Shown piece after piece: positions 36,728 to 45,675 of a stretch of DNA of 49,171 nt. Below the pieces are notes generated by a model that saw only the letters and a program-made list of their open reading frames with translations, was not told the origin of the DNA and made no database searches. The stretch is from assembly GCA_964387895.1 (NCBI GenBank), contig CAYLWX010000003.1, positions 1,277 to 50,447 of the forward strand, in the 5' to 3' direction. This stretch comes from an uncultured Bdellovibrionales bacterium. Its GTDB lineage: Bacteria; Patescibacteriota; Minisyncoccia; Moranbacterales; UBA2206. The translations under genes and the position numbers were made by a program. Within the stretch, counting starts at the first letter, position 1, and each line of letters opens with the position of its first letter.

Positions 36728-36798
36728 GCGAGAGTAGCACAGTGGTAGTGCACCAGCTTCCCAAGCTGGCTACGCGGGTTCGATTCCCGTCTCTCGCT
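36728..36798 (+). tRNA. tRNA-Gly(CCC), CCA not encoded
   Basis: GCGAGAG/CTCTCGC, CCAGC-TTCCCAA-GCTGG, GCGGG-TTCGATT-CCCGT. Confidence 0.95.
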
Positions 36799-36874
36799 CT
36801 TTTGTATTACTACTTTTGATTTTTAAAGTGCGCGGGTGTATGCTATAAACAGTGCTAATTTTTAACAAAAAAAT

Positions 36875-37129
36875 ATGCCAAAAGTGGAAAAAAACGAGGC
36901 GAACATGAAAAATTGTTCCTGCCCGGGGTGTCCCAGCTATAACGAATGCGCCAAGGGAAAATCGGAAGCGCTTTATTGCGCGGGAGAAGTAGGAAAAAGC
37001 GGATGTGAATATCAAATGAACGGCTGTATTTGCGGAGCGTGTCCGGTGCATACCGAATTCGCGCTTACGTCCGGCTATTATTGCATCAATGGTTCCGCCG
37101 ATGAAACAGACGGAAAGATGGGAATGTAA
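36875..37129 (+). CDS. Cys-rich DUF2769-like protein
   Basis: CSCPGCPSYNEC..LYC..GKS.C..GCICGACPV..YYC. Confidence 0.8.
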   Translation: MPKVEKNEANMKNCSCPGCPSYNECAKGKSEALYCAGEVGKSGCEYQMNGCICGACPVHTEFALTSGYYCINGSADETDGKMGM

Positions 37130-37155
37130 TGTCGGCGTGTTACGCCGTCTTTTTT

Positions 37156-38634
37156 ATGAATAATCCAACTGTTGAAAACAGCGAGAGCAACAGGAAAAAA
37201 TGCATTTGTCCCAAGTGTCCCAGTTATCCCGAAGGATGCGCGGGAGAAATATTGTATTGCGCTACCGGAAAAAGCCGATGCGACATTTCCGCCAAGGGAT
37301 GCGTGTGCGACGGGTGTCCGGTGTTTTTTGAAAATAATCTTAAGGGGTTATATTATTGCGACAAGGAACAGCGGGGAAAGTCAGGGTATTCCATGAGAAA
37401 AAAGAGATCTGATGAAGACCCGGTGTTTTATGAAGAAATGACCGCGATTAAGGATGTGGCGGACAGCGGTGAAGCAGGGGTGGCTTCCATGGGGTCGCTC
37501 AAAAAGATGCCTTTTTCCTGGAAAGACATTCATTTTATTCCCGCCCAGGTTTTAAAAATTCCTTTGAATAAAGAAGAAGCGGTGAAGACAAAAATTATCC
37601 TCGGTCCGTCTGCCAAAAAACCGCTCATATTGAACTCTCCGATTCTTATCACGGCGATGAGTTTTGGCGCTACTTCCAAAAATGTGAAGCTGGTTATTTC
37701 CAAAGCAGCCAAACAATTGGGGATTGGATTTAATTCAGGCGAAGGGGGAATTTTGGAAGAAGATTATGAAGCGAAAGAATATTTGATCGGCCAGTATGCT
37801 ACCGGAAGATTTGGCATCACCGAAGAAGTGTTGAAATCCGTCGCGGCCGTGGAAATTCGCTTTGGTCAGGGAGCGTATCCCGGGAAAGGAAGTTATCTTC
37901 CAGCCAGGAAAATAACGCCGGAAGTGGCCAGAATTCGTGGATTAAAACCGGGGGAATCGGCCTACTCGCCAGCCCGTCATTTCGACATGACGAGTCCGGA
38001 AGAAATAAAAGAAAAAGTAGTCTGGATTAAAGAGCTTACCGGAGGCGTTCCTGTAGGAGCCAAGATTGGCTGTGGCAATATCGAAGAAGACATCAAAGTT
38101 CTGGTCGACGCGGGAGTTGATTTTATTTCTATCGACGGCTTTAGCGGCGGCACGGGAGCCACGGATTTGTACGTGCGGGAAAATGTCGGACTGCCGCTTT
38201 TCGCGGCCCTGCCTCGGGCGGTCAGAATTTTACAAGAATTGAATATGAAAGAAAAAATCTCCCTCCTGGCCGGCGGAGGATTGCGCACTGCCGGTGATTT
38301 TGCGAAATGTCTGGCGCTGGGAGCGAACGGAGTGTATATTGGTACCGCCGCGCTTATTGCCATGAATTGCGAGCAGTATCGAATATGCCACACGGGTCTT
38401 TGCCCGACAGGAGTAACTACGCATAATCCGGCCCTCACCAGGCAGTTGGATGTGGAAGAAGGAACCAGGAAACTGGTTAATTTTATAAAAACCACCACGG
38501 AAGAAATAGCGAACTTAACCAGAATTACCGGAAAGGACGACGTAAATAATCTTACGAGTGACGATTTAGTGTCTCTGGAAAAAGATTTAGCCGGCATTAC
38601 GGGGTTGAAGTGGCTGGATGGGAAGAAATATTAA
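37156..38634 (+). CDS. FMN-binding glutamate-synthase-family protein with N-terminal DUF2769-like domain
   Basis: AMSFGA, NSGEGG, EIRFGQGA.PG.G, DGFSGGTG, LALGA, C..YRICHTGLCPTGVTT. Confidence 0.9.
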   Translation: MNNPTVENSESNRKKCICPKCPSYPEGCAGEILYCATGKSRCDISAKGCVCDGCPVFFENNLKGLYYCDKEQRGKSGYSMRKKRSDEDPVFYEEMTAIKDVADSGEAGVASMGSLKKMPFSWKDIHFIPAQVLKIPLNKEEAVKTKIILGPSAKKPLILNSPILITAMSFGATSKNVKLVISKAAKQLGIGFNSGEGGILEEDYEAKEYLIGQYATGRFGITEEVLKSVAAVEIRFGQGAYPGKGSYLPARKITPEVARIRGLKPGESAYSPARHFDMTSPEEIKEKVVWIKELTGGVPVGAKIGCGNIEEDIKVLVDAGVDFISIDGFSGGTGATDLYVRENVGLPLFAALPRAVRILQELNMKEKISLLAGGGLRTAGDFAKCLALGANGVYIGTAALIAMNCEQYRICHTGLCPTGVTTHNPALTRQLDVEEGTRKLVNFIKTTTEEIANLTRITGKDDVNNLTSDDLVSLEKDLAGITGLKWLDGKKY

Positions 38635-38661
38635 AATTAAGCCTCTTTATCATTGACTGTT

Positions 38662-39159
38662 ATGATTGATCCTCACATTGTTTACGAAAAATTGATCAAT
38701 CTGCTTGATGATAATAAAGTTGCCTATAAACTGTTTTCCCATAAAGAAGCGTTTACTTACGAAGAGCTTGCCGAGGTTCAAAAAGAGACGGGCTTCTTTG
38801 GAACGGAAATGAAGTGTGTAGTGTTGAAAGTGGATGATGCGTTTATTGTGTATGTAACCATTCAGGGAAGGCGAGTGAATTTTGACAGAATGAAGGAAAC
38901 ATTGGGGGCGCGTAAAATTCGTCTTGCCAGTTCAGAAGAGCTTAATATACACTTTGGCGCGAAACCAGGCTGTGCGTATCCATTTGGTTTTGATGCTCAA
39001 CATAATATATACGTAGATCCTGTTATTTATACTCAGGAATGGATGCTGTTTAGCCCTGTGTTTCCTTCGAAAACTATTCAGGCAAAGGGGGCTGATCTAA
39101 AGAGAGTATTTGACGGGTTGGAGAATGAGGTTTGTGAGGTTGGGGGATTTAATGAATGA
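38662..39159 (+). CDS. YbaK/ProX aminoacyl-tRNA editing family protein
   Basis: MKCVVLK, RLASSEEL...GAKPGCAYPFG, VD. Confidence 0.85.
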   Translation: MIDPHIVYEKLINLLDDNKVAYKLFSHKEAFTYEELAEVQKETGFFGTEMKCVVLKVDDAFIVYVTIQGRRVNFDRMKETLGARKIRLASSEELNIHFGAKPGCAYPFGFDAQHNIYVDPVIYTQEWMLFSPVFPSKTIQAKGADLKRVFDGLENEVCEVGGFNE

Positions 39160-39210
39160 AGGCCTTTTTTAAAATAAGGCGGTTTTTTAGATTATGGTAT
39201 TTTTACTCTT

Positions 39211-39951
39211 ATGAATTGGAGCTCCAGGCATTTAGAAAATCATGTAAAGGCAAGTCGATTGCTTCATTTGATTATCAAAAACACTTTTTCCTATTTGCAA
39301 AAAAGAGGAGAGGGAGTAAGTGAGTATGAAGTCCAGCAATATATAGTGGATCAAATAAGGAAAAAAAGATTAAGGATGGATAAAGACGCGCCTATTGTGG
39401 CGTTCAATGAAAGTTCGGCCGTTCCTCATTATTTCCCTTTGCAAAAATCAAAAAAACTTGTCCATAATTCCCTTGTGTTGCTGGATTTGTGGGCGAGACT
39501 GGATGAATATCACGCACCATTCGCGGATATTACGTGGGTAGGATTTTATGGAAGACGTGTCCCAAAAAGAATAACACAGGTGTTTACTGTTGTACGAGAG
39601 GCTAGAGATGTGGCAATTGAAGCGGTAAGAACTTCTCTGCAAAAGGGAATTGTGCCAAGTGGTGCGCATATTGATGAGGTGTCAATAAGGAAAATAACCC
39701 AGGAAGGATTCGCGCATGCAATATTGCACAGAACGGGCCATTCGATTGGGTTCCATTCTCCTCACGGAAAGAAAAGCCATCTTAACGCGGAAAATCAGGA
39801 TCCGATTGAGAAAAATATGGGATATACTATAGAACCAGGAATCTATATTCCGGACGAGTTCGGCATAAGAAGTGAAGTTGATTTTTATGTGGATGCAAGA
39901 AACAAAATGGTAGTTACTACGCCGGTGCAGAGGTCGATTATTTTAATATGA
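39211..39951 (+). CDS. M24 metallopeptidase (catalytic domain only)
   Basis: PHY, LLDLW, ADIT, HRTGHSIG, TIEPGIY, GIRSE. Confidence 0.9.
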   Translation: MNWSSRHLENHVKASRLLHLIIKNTFSYLQKRGEGVSEYEVQQYIVDQIRKKRLRMDKDAPIVAFNESSAVPHYFPLQKSKKLVHNSLVLLDLWARLDEYHAPFADITWVGFYGRRVPKRITQVFTVVREARDVAIEAVRTSLQKGIVPSGAHIDEVSIRKITQEGFAHAILHRTGHSIGFHSPHGKKSHLNAENQDPIEKNMGYTIEPGIYIPDEFGIRSEVDFYVDARNKMVVTTPVQRSIILI

Positions 39952-40067
39952 GTTTTTCGCGGTAAAATTCTTCTTGACACCCACCCTTCTTTTCTTTAAA
40001 GTGTTGTTATTGCTCTTTGGTAATGGTGGTAGTACTTTTTAATTCTCTTTGTTGAAAGGAGAAGCCC

Positions 40068-40406
40068 ATGTTTTACGATTTTGCGTGCCTTATGCTCAGG
40101 GGTCCCGGAATTACGGATAGGATTCGGAATGAATTGTGTATTGCTGCTTCTGAGTTGATGGAGAACGGAAGTAAAAGCGGAAGAATTAAAACTGATGACT
40201 TTGAAGGCAAAATAACCACGGAAGGAGAGACCAGTGTGTTGGGATCGATTTCCGGCACGGTATTTTTTGCTGAAGTGGAGTCAGGCAGGGGGAAAACATG
40301 CGCAAAGTTTATAATGAGGTTTCCGCTAAGACGTGAAATTTTTGAAGACGGAAAATCTTTTTGGATGGACGTCTCTACTTCTTCGCAAAACGCCCATCTT
40401 AATTGA
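40068..40406 (+). CDS. hypothetical protein
   Basis: AAGGAG RBS; TTGACA-17-TAAAGT promoter at 39974-40002. Confidence 0.7.
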   Translation: MFYDFACLMLRGPGITDRIRNELCIAASELMENGSKSGRIKTDDFEGKITTEGETSVLGSISGTVFFAEVESGRGKTCAKFIMRFPLRREIFEDGKSFWMDVSTSSQNAHLN

Positions 40407-40516
40407 TGCTTTGGTGGTTCGTGCGCGCTTTTTTATAAGGCCTTATTCTTCTTAGGGAAGGGTAAGGCCTTGACTTTTTGTCTTTTTGGGAGTAAAAAGA
40501 TATGTTTCTTTGAAAA

Positions 40517-40834
40517 TTGAAAGTGGGGTGGGCGGGAGTAGCTGTATTAAATCCACAGGGCTTATGCCCTCAATGCAGAGAGGAGAATATTGTGGAGACA
40601 TGTGATGTTTTGAAAGCTCTTGATGTTAGAAGGTTGCATGAATCATTGGAAAAGCTCGAAGGAGTTAAAGGAGAAACAGATATCGACTTGATTAAAAAAG
40701 CCTTGGAGTTGGCCACAAATGAACTCAAAAGAGTTCTTGCTGCGGCAGCTCAACTGGACGAGGAAGACAGGAGACAAAAGAAGCTGGAGGACCATTTCCG
40801 GAAAGTGAGGGAGTTGGGACCAATAGAAAAGTAG
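40517..40834 (+). CDS. hypothetical coiled-coil protein (start uncertain, possibly GTG 40592)
   Basis: Helical charged ORF; GAGGAG near 40580. Confidence 0.55.
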   Translation: MKVGWAGVAVLNPQGLCPQCREENIVETCDVLKALDVRRLHESLEKLEGVKGETDIDLIKKALELATNELKRVLAAAAQLDEEDRRQKKLEDHFRKVRELGPIEK

Positions 40835-40851
40835 CGTCCCTGACCCCATGT

Positions 40852-40917
40852 GTAGGGGTGTATGCTATACGCCCCTACACAAATAATTGGCTTCAATCCT
40901 GAAGCCTTTTTTTATTT
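40852..40917 (+). repeat. GTAG-type REP hairpin plus terminator, direct repeat copy 1
   Basis: GTAGGGG..CTATACGCCCCT..ACAAATAATTGGCTTCAAT.CTGAAGCC-T tract; repeated at 42851-42919. Confidence 0.85.
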
Positions 40918-41008
40918 CTTGACCCTTTATTTTAATAATGATATAACTATATGTCTCTTTGAAAATTAAATAAAAACGTTATAAACCCTAAACAGAAAGG
41001 ATGACGCG

Positions 41009-42844
41009 ATGTCTCAGATGAATGGCGGAGGTAAAAAAGAAGCGAGAGAGATCAGACTTCCTATGGTTAAGAATATGATTCGGAACAGTTTCCGGATTAC
41101 CTCCATGATGCGAAAGGAGCATCAAACACTGCTGGTTTATCTGGGAGTAGTAATGCTTCTGGATGCTTTTCTCCCCTTTTTGGAACGGGGGATGTTCGCG
41201 CTTCTGGTTGATAAGATGACGGAAGTACTGATTCCCGGTCATGAACCGGTCTCTTTCCTTTGGATCATCGCGTTGATCGGATTTCTTTCTCTGGTTTCCA
41301 GGGAGATTTCTTTTTTGTCTCATTATCTGGATATCAGGTTATGGCTTACCGCGGGAAACTATTTCAATATGATGATTCGCCGGCATCGGGCGGTAATAGA
41401 CGTGGCAAAATACGAAGAGCCTAAATTCAATGATTTAGTCAACAGGGTGAATGAAAAGGGGATGTCTTCGCTGGTAAATTTCATGGATCGGCAGTTTGAA
41501 ATAGTAGTTTCATTCGGAAGCATGATCATGGCCTCACTGGTGATCATTTCTTCAAGCTGGTGGATTTTTCTGATAGTCGCGGCAGGAACTATTCCGGAGT
41601 TTTTAGTGGAGGCTCGTTATGGCCGGTCTACATGGGGAATCTGGGACGCGCGAGGTGAAGTGAGGCGTAAGTATCACAGTTTATGCCGGCATTTTGACTG
41701 GGTTCCCTATCTGGTGGAATTAAAACTTTTCCAGAAAGTAGAGCATCTTTATGAGAATATCAAAGAATTGCTTAGGAGTTTTCTGGAAGAAGAATTAAAG
41801 AATGAACGAAGTAAACTTGTCTGGAGGGCGATCTCTCTTGTGTGCTCTGAAGCGGCAATGGTAGTAGTGCTGGCGTTGTTTGTGCGCTGGGTTACACAGG
41901 GAGAGATGAAAATAGGAGGGTTTCTTTTTGTTTTTGGCTCCATGGGTATGCTGAAAGGTAGTCTGAATTCCTTTTGGGGAAACCTGGGGAGACAATATCA
42001 GGACAGCTTGTTTGTAAGTGATGTGTTTGAGTTTCTTTCTGCCCGTCCGTATATTACTGATACGGAAAGCGCGATCAGACTTCCCGCAAAAACTCCTGAA
42101 ATAGTTTTTGAGGACGTGAGTTTCAGGTATCCTGGTACTGACAGGATGGTGCTCCATAATATTTCTCTTCATATCAAGCCGGGAGAAAAAGTAGCGCTGG
42201 TGGGAAAGAATGGAGAAGGAAAGAGCACGCTGCTTAAGCTGCTTTTCCGGTTCTATGATCCTACGGAAGGCAGAATACTTATCGATGGGCATGATCTGCG
42301 GGATATAGAGCTTTCCAGCTGGCACTATCTTCTTGGGGTGTTGCTTCAGAATTATGGAGAGTACAGTTTTCTGACAAAAGACGCAATTGGAATAGGAGGA
42401 AACGTTCTTCAGATTACTTTGGATAAAATCAAGGAAGCGGCACGTGCGAGTGAGGCTGATCAGTTTATTCAGGAATGGCCGAAAGGGTATGATCAGCAGA
42501 TAGGAAGGGAGTTTACTGACGGAATAGACCCGTCTGGAGGCCAGCGTCAAAAGCTCGCTCTGGCCAGAGCTTTGGTAAGAGAATCAAAAGTATTAGTTCT
42601 GGATGAGCCTACTGCCGCAGTGGATGCCGAGGGAGCAGCAAAAATATTTGACAGGCTCTCCAGGCTTTCAAAAAACAGAATGATGATTTTCATCTCACAA
42701 CAATTCTCGGCAGTAAGAAAGGCCGGAAGAATTCTTGTGCTGGAAGGAGGGCGAATCATTGAAAACGGCAGCCATGAAGAGCTAATGGCTCTTGATGGCA
42801 GATATGCTCATCTCTTTCGTCTTCAGGCGGAAGGGTATAGATAA
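41009..42844 (+). CDS. ABC exporter (fused TMD-NBD) with a degenerate NBD
   Basis: GKNGEGKS, PSGGQ, LDEPT, ISQQFS (H-switch His replaced). Confidence 0.9.
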   Translation: MSQMNGGGKKEAREIRLPMVKNMIRNSFRITSMMRKEHQTLLVYLGVVMLLDAFLPFLERGMFALLVDKMTEVLIPGHEPVSFLWIIALIGFLSLVSREISFLSHYLDIRLWLTAGNYFNMMIRRHRAVIDVAKYEEPKFNDLVNRVNEKGMSSLVNFMDRQFEIVVSFGSMIMASLVIISSSWWIFLIVAAGTIPEFLVEARYGRSTWGIWDARGEVRRKYHSLCRHFDWVPYLVELKLFQKVEHLYENIKELLRSFLEEELKNERSKLVWRAISLVCSEAAMVVVLALFVRWVTQGEMKIGGFLFVFGSMGMLKGSLNSFWGNLGRQYQDSLFVSDVFEFLSARPYITDTESAIRLPAKTPEIVFEDVSFRYPGTDRMVLHNISLHIKPGEKVALVGKNGEGKSTLLKLLFRFYDPTEGRILIDGHDLRDIELSSWHYLLGVLLQNYGEYSFLTKDAIGIGGNVLQITLDKIKEAARASEADQFIQEWPKGYDQQIGREFTDGIDPSGGQRQKLALARALVRESKVLVLDEPTAAVDAEGAAKIFDRLSRLSKNRMMIFISQQFSAVRKAGRILVLEGGRIIENGSHEELMALDGRYAHLFRLQAEGYR

Positions 42845-42850
42845 GAAACC

Positions 42851-42919
42851 GTAGGGGCGTGTGGACTCTATACGCCCCTGTACAAATAATTGGCTTCAAT
42901 TCTGAAGCCTTTTTTATTT
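42851..42919 (+). repeat. GTAG-type REP hairpin plus terminator, direct repeat copy 2
   Basis: Matches 40852-40917. Confidence 0.85.
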
Positions 42920-43115
42920 TTCTATAGCCAAAATAACTGCAGGGAGAATTTTACAATAAAATAGCTTATTTAAGCCTGAATAAGGTTATGGCCTGTATTT
43001 CAATGGCTTATTTAAGCCAAGTTATGGCCTTATCCTTTGACAATTGTTGTTGTTTTTGATAGTATACTCTGTTACCCATTATGGGTAATGTTTTTTAATA
43101 ACTAACTACCAATGC

Positions 43116-43688
43116 ATGCGTATCATTAGTATTCTTGTGACGCTGGCGGTTTCATGGGTCATGATCGTGCCCCAGAGCGCGCTGGCAGAAGGAGGAATCA
43201 CTGATGAAACAAATACATACTTCAAAATAGAAAACGAAACAACCTTGAAAGATGGTGCGGTTTCTGAGCTAATACGAATTCCTTATATCTTCCCGGGATA
43301 TCAGCCTGTAAGGGCATTCCAGGAGGAAGCAAATAAAGAGCTGGAAAGGGATAAAAAGCTTTCCAGATTCAAGGAAAGAATGAAAAACGCGGTGCTTCCC
43401 AGGGGAAAGTTCTCTGTGAATGCCAGTGCCTATACTGCTGCGGCCGATGAATGTGGCAAAAGCGACGGCATCACCGCGAGCGGTGTAAAAGTGAAAGAGA
43501 AACGTACTATCGCGTGTCCTCCCCAGTTTCCGTTCGGTACTAAACTGAAAATTGACGGATACGGGACGTATACTTGTGAAGACCGCGGGGGAGCAATCAA
43601 GGGAAATCACATTGACATCTACATGACTACCAAAGCTCAGGCATTTGCCTTCGGGAGAAGGAATCTACTTGCGGAAGTGGTGCAATAA
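43116..43688 (+). CDS. secreted 3D-domain protein (lytic transglycosylase-like)
   Basis: Signal peptide (ALA); ASAYT, GITASG, FPFGT, EDRGGAIKGNHIDIY. Confidence 0.9.
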   Translation: MRIISILVTLAVSWVMIVPQSALAEGGITDETNTYFKIENETTLKDGAVSELIRIPYIFPGYQPVRAFQEEANKELERDKKLSRFKERMKNAVLPRGKFSVNASAYTAAADECGKSDGITASGVKVKEKRTIACPPQFPFGTKLKIDGYGTYTCEDRGGAIKGNHIDIYMTTKAQAFAFGRRNLLAEVVQ

Positions 43689-43895
43689 AAATAAGATAGC
43701 CTAAAGGCGCTCCAAATCAAATCAGGAGCGCCTTTTGTGTTTGACCGAGCGGGATAATTTTGGTAGGATTATGGCGATAACAAGTACGCTTAGTGTACTT
43801 TTATGTTTTTGCAAAAATAAATGCAAAATTATTCTAACTACTCTAACTTTTGAGTATTTGATTTAGATTAATTAGAATAATTAGACACTTTATTT

Positions 43896-43966
43896 GGTCG
43901 TGTGGCCGAGAGGTTAGGCACGGGTCTGCAAAACCCTTTACTCCGGTTCGATTCCGGACACGACCT
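43896..43966 (+). tRNA. tRNA-Cys(GCA), CCA not encoded
   Basis: GGTCGTG/CACGACC, loop CT-GCA-AA, TCCGG-TTCGATT-CCGGA. Confidence 0.93.
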
Positions 43967-43978
43967 CAAGCTTCCTAA

Positions 43979-44100
43979 CCTCCTCCCCTGCCAAGGGGAG
44001 GAATGAGGAGGGGTCAAAAGGCATAGAATATCATCTCGCCTTACCAACGACCCCTCACCCTTAATCCCTCTCCCCATCCGCGGCGGCTGGGGAGAGGGAG
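43979..44100. repeat. paired C-rich/G-rich palindromes between tRNAs
   Basis: CCTCCCCT..AGGGGAGG..GAGGAGGGGTC ... GACCCCTCACCCT..TCCCTCTCCCC..GGGGAGAGGGA. Confidence 0.75.
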
Positions 44101-44124
44101 AACAAGGAAGGACTGTTTTGTATC

Positions 44125-44208
44125 GCCCGGGTGGTGGAATTGGTAGACACGCAAGACTTAAAATCTTGTGGACGAAAGTCCGTGCGAGTTCGAGTCTCGC
44201 CCCGGGCA
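44125..44208 (+). tRNA. tRNA-Leu(TAA), CCA not encoded
   Basis: GCCCGGG/CCCGGGC, CAAGA-CTTAAAA-TCTTG, variable arm GGAC-GAAA-GTCC. Confidence 0.95.
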
Positions 44209-44218
44209 CGGAAATATT

Positions 44219-44256
44219 ATTAAAAGCTTCCATATGTGGAAGCTTTTAATCTTTTT
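44219..44256 (+). terminator. terminator after tRNA-Leu(TAA)
   Basis: ATTAAAAGCTTCCA/TGGAAGCTTTTAAT followed by a T tract. Confidence 0.7.
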
Positions 44257-44363
44257 ATACTTTCCATTGACCCCTGCCGTAGTAAGTTTTATACTGATAT
44301 GATAATGACTAAAAAACTTGTAGTATAAACAAATACTATTTATACTGTGAGCTGAAAATAATA
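44252..44363 (+). repeat. ~110-bp promoter-bearing direct repeat, copy 1
   Basis: TTGACC-~17-TATACT; near-identical copy at 45676-45790. Confidence 0.85.
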
Positions 44364-44407
44364 CCTATACGGTCTAAGTTTAGCACTTACAATTAATTTA
44401 TAGCATT

Positions 44408-44863
44408 ATGAGGCAAAAAATTACACCCAATTTATGGTTCGATGGCAACGCCAAAGAGGCGGTCGATTTTTATCTATCAGTGTTTCCTGACAGTAAAAAA
44501 ATATCTACATCACACTATCCGCACGAAGGGTTGGCTGACTTTCAAAAGAATATGGCTGGCAAGGAACTGACTATTGACTTTGATCTATTCGGCCAGCGCT
44601 TCACCGCCATAAACGCGGGCCCGGAATTTAAGTTTAACGAGTCCGTGTCTTTTCTGATCGCCTGCAAAGACCAGGCTGAAATTGACTACTATTGGGAGAA
44701 ACTGATTGCCGACGGTGGTGAAGAAAGCGTCTGCGGTTGGCTGAAAGACAAATATGGCCTGTCCTGGCAAATAGCACCGGCTAATATGGAAGAGTTAATG
44801 AAAAAGCCGGGCGCCTTTGCCAACATGATGAAAATGAAGAAGATTACCATCGCTGATTTTTAA
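44408..44863 (+). CDS. VOC-family protein (PhnB/3-demethylubiquinone methyltransferase-like)
   Basis: KITPNLWFD, NAGPEFKFNE, CGWLKDKYGLSWQ. Confidence 0.92.
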   Translation: MRQKITPNLWFDGNAKEAVDFYLSVFPDSKKISTSHYPHEGLADFQKNMAGKELTIDFDLFGQRFTAINAGPEFKFNESVSFLIACKDQAEIDYYWEKLIADGGEESVCGWLKDKYGLSWQIAPANMEELMKKPGAFANMMKMKKITIADF

Positions 44864-45022
44864 CAGCAGAGGGTAGGCGTTTGTTTGTCGAAGACATGAT
44901 TCTTGTGGCTTTCAAACCAATAACAAGTAAAGTTTCTCCAGGTGGTGTTATCTTTGCAAATTATGAGCGGGTGGGAGAAGTTAGAACGGGATCGTTTTAG
45001 AATAATACTAATTGGATACTAT

Positions 45023-45499
45023 ATGGCCGAAAAAAGTAAATTGCTACGAATGGATAATGTCGGCATTGTGGTTGAATCTCTCAATGAAGCTATTTCTTTT
45101 TTCACCGAGCTTGGTCTGAAGCTTGAGGGGCGAACTATGGTCGAAGGAGAATGGGCTGGACGAGTCACCGGGCTGGGCGACCAGCGTGTTGAGATCGCAA
45201 TGATGGTCACACCTGACGGTCATAGCCGGCTCGAGCTCTCGCGATTTCTCACCCCGCCTACAGTTGCCGATCACCGGAACGCCCCGGTGAACTCTCTCGG
45301 ATACCTACGCGCCATGTTCACTGTGAGTGATATTGACGAGACTCTCACCAGACTACGCAGGTGTGGCGCGCAACTCGTTGGCGAGGTGGTTCAGTACGAG
45401 GGTTCATATCGACTCTGTTACATCCGCGGCCCCGAAGGACTTCTCATCGGACTAGCCGAGGAGCTTGGCAATAAACAGGCAAAGCATCAGGCATTTTAA
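45023..45499 (+). CDS. VOC/glyoxalase-family protein
   Basis: RMDNVGIVV, FFTELGL, RLELSRF, YIRGPEG.LIGLAE. Confidence 0.9.
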   Translation: MAEKSKLLRMDNVGIVVESLNEAISFFTELGLKLEGRTMVEGEWAGRVTGLGDQRVEIAMMVTPDGHSRLELSRFLTPPTVADHRNAPVNSLGYLRAMFTVSDIDETLTRLRRCGAQLVGEVVQYEGSYRLCYIRGPEGLLIGLAEELGNKQAKHQAF

Positions 45500-45523
45500 T
45501 TTAGGAACTGATAAAATAAACTT

Positions 45524-45583
45524 ATGAAAATTTTTGTCACCAGTGTATTTGTAAAAAATCAAGAAGAAGCTCTTACATTCTAA
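45524..45583 (+). pseudogene. 5' remnant of a third VOC/glyoxalase gene
   Basis: MKIFVTSVFVKNQEEALTF-stop resembles a VOC N-terminus. Confidence 0.6.
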
Positions 45584-45675
45584 AAAGAGCGGCGCTTGAC
45601 AGCCATTGGTCGTCCATAAGTACTTTTACAACAATAGAACACCCGTCGGCTTACGAACGCAACTGACGGGTGAAT

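Noticed and set aside
44408-45600. Integron cassette array of VOC genes
   Set aside because: No recognisable attC (RYYYAAC..GTTRRRY with paired arms) and no intI
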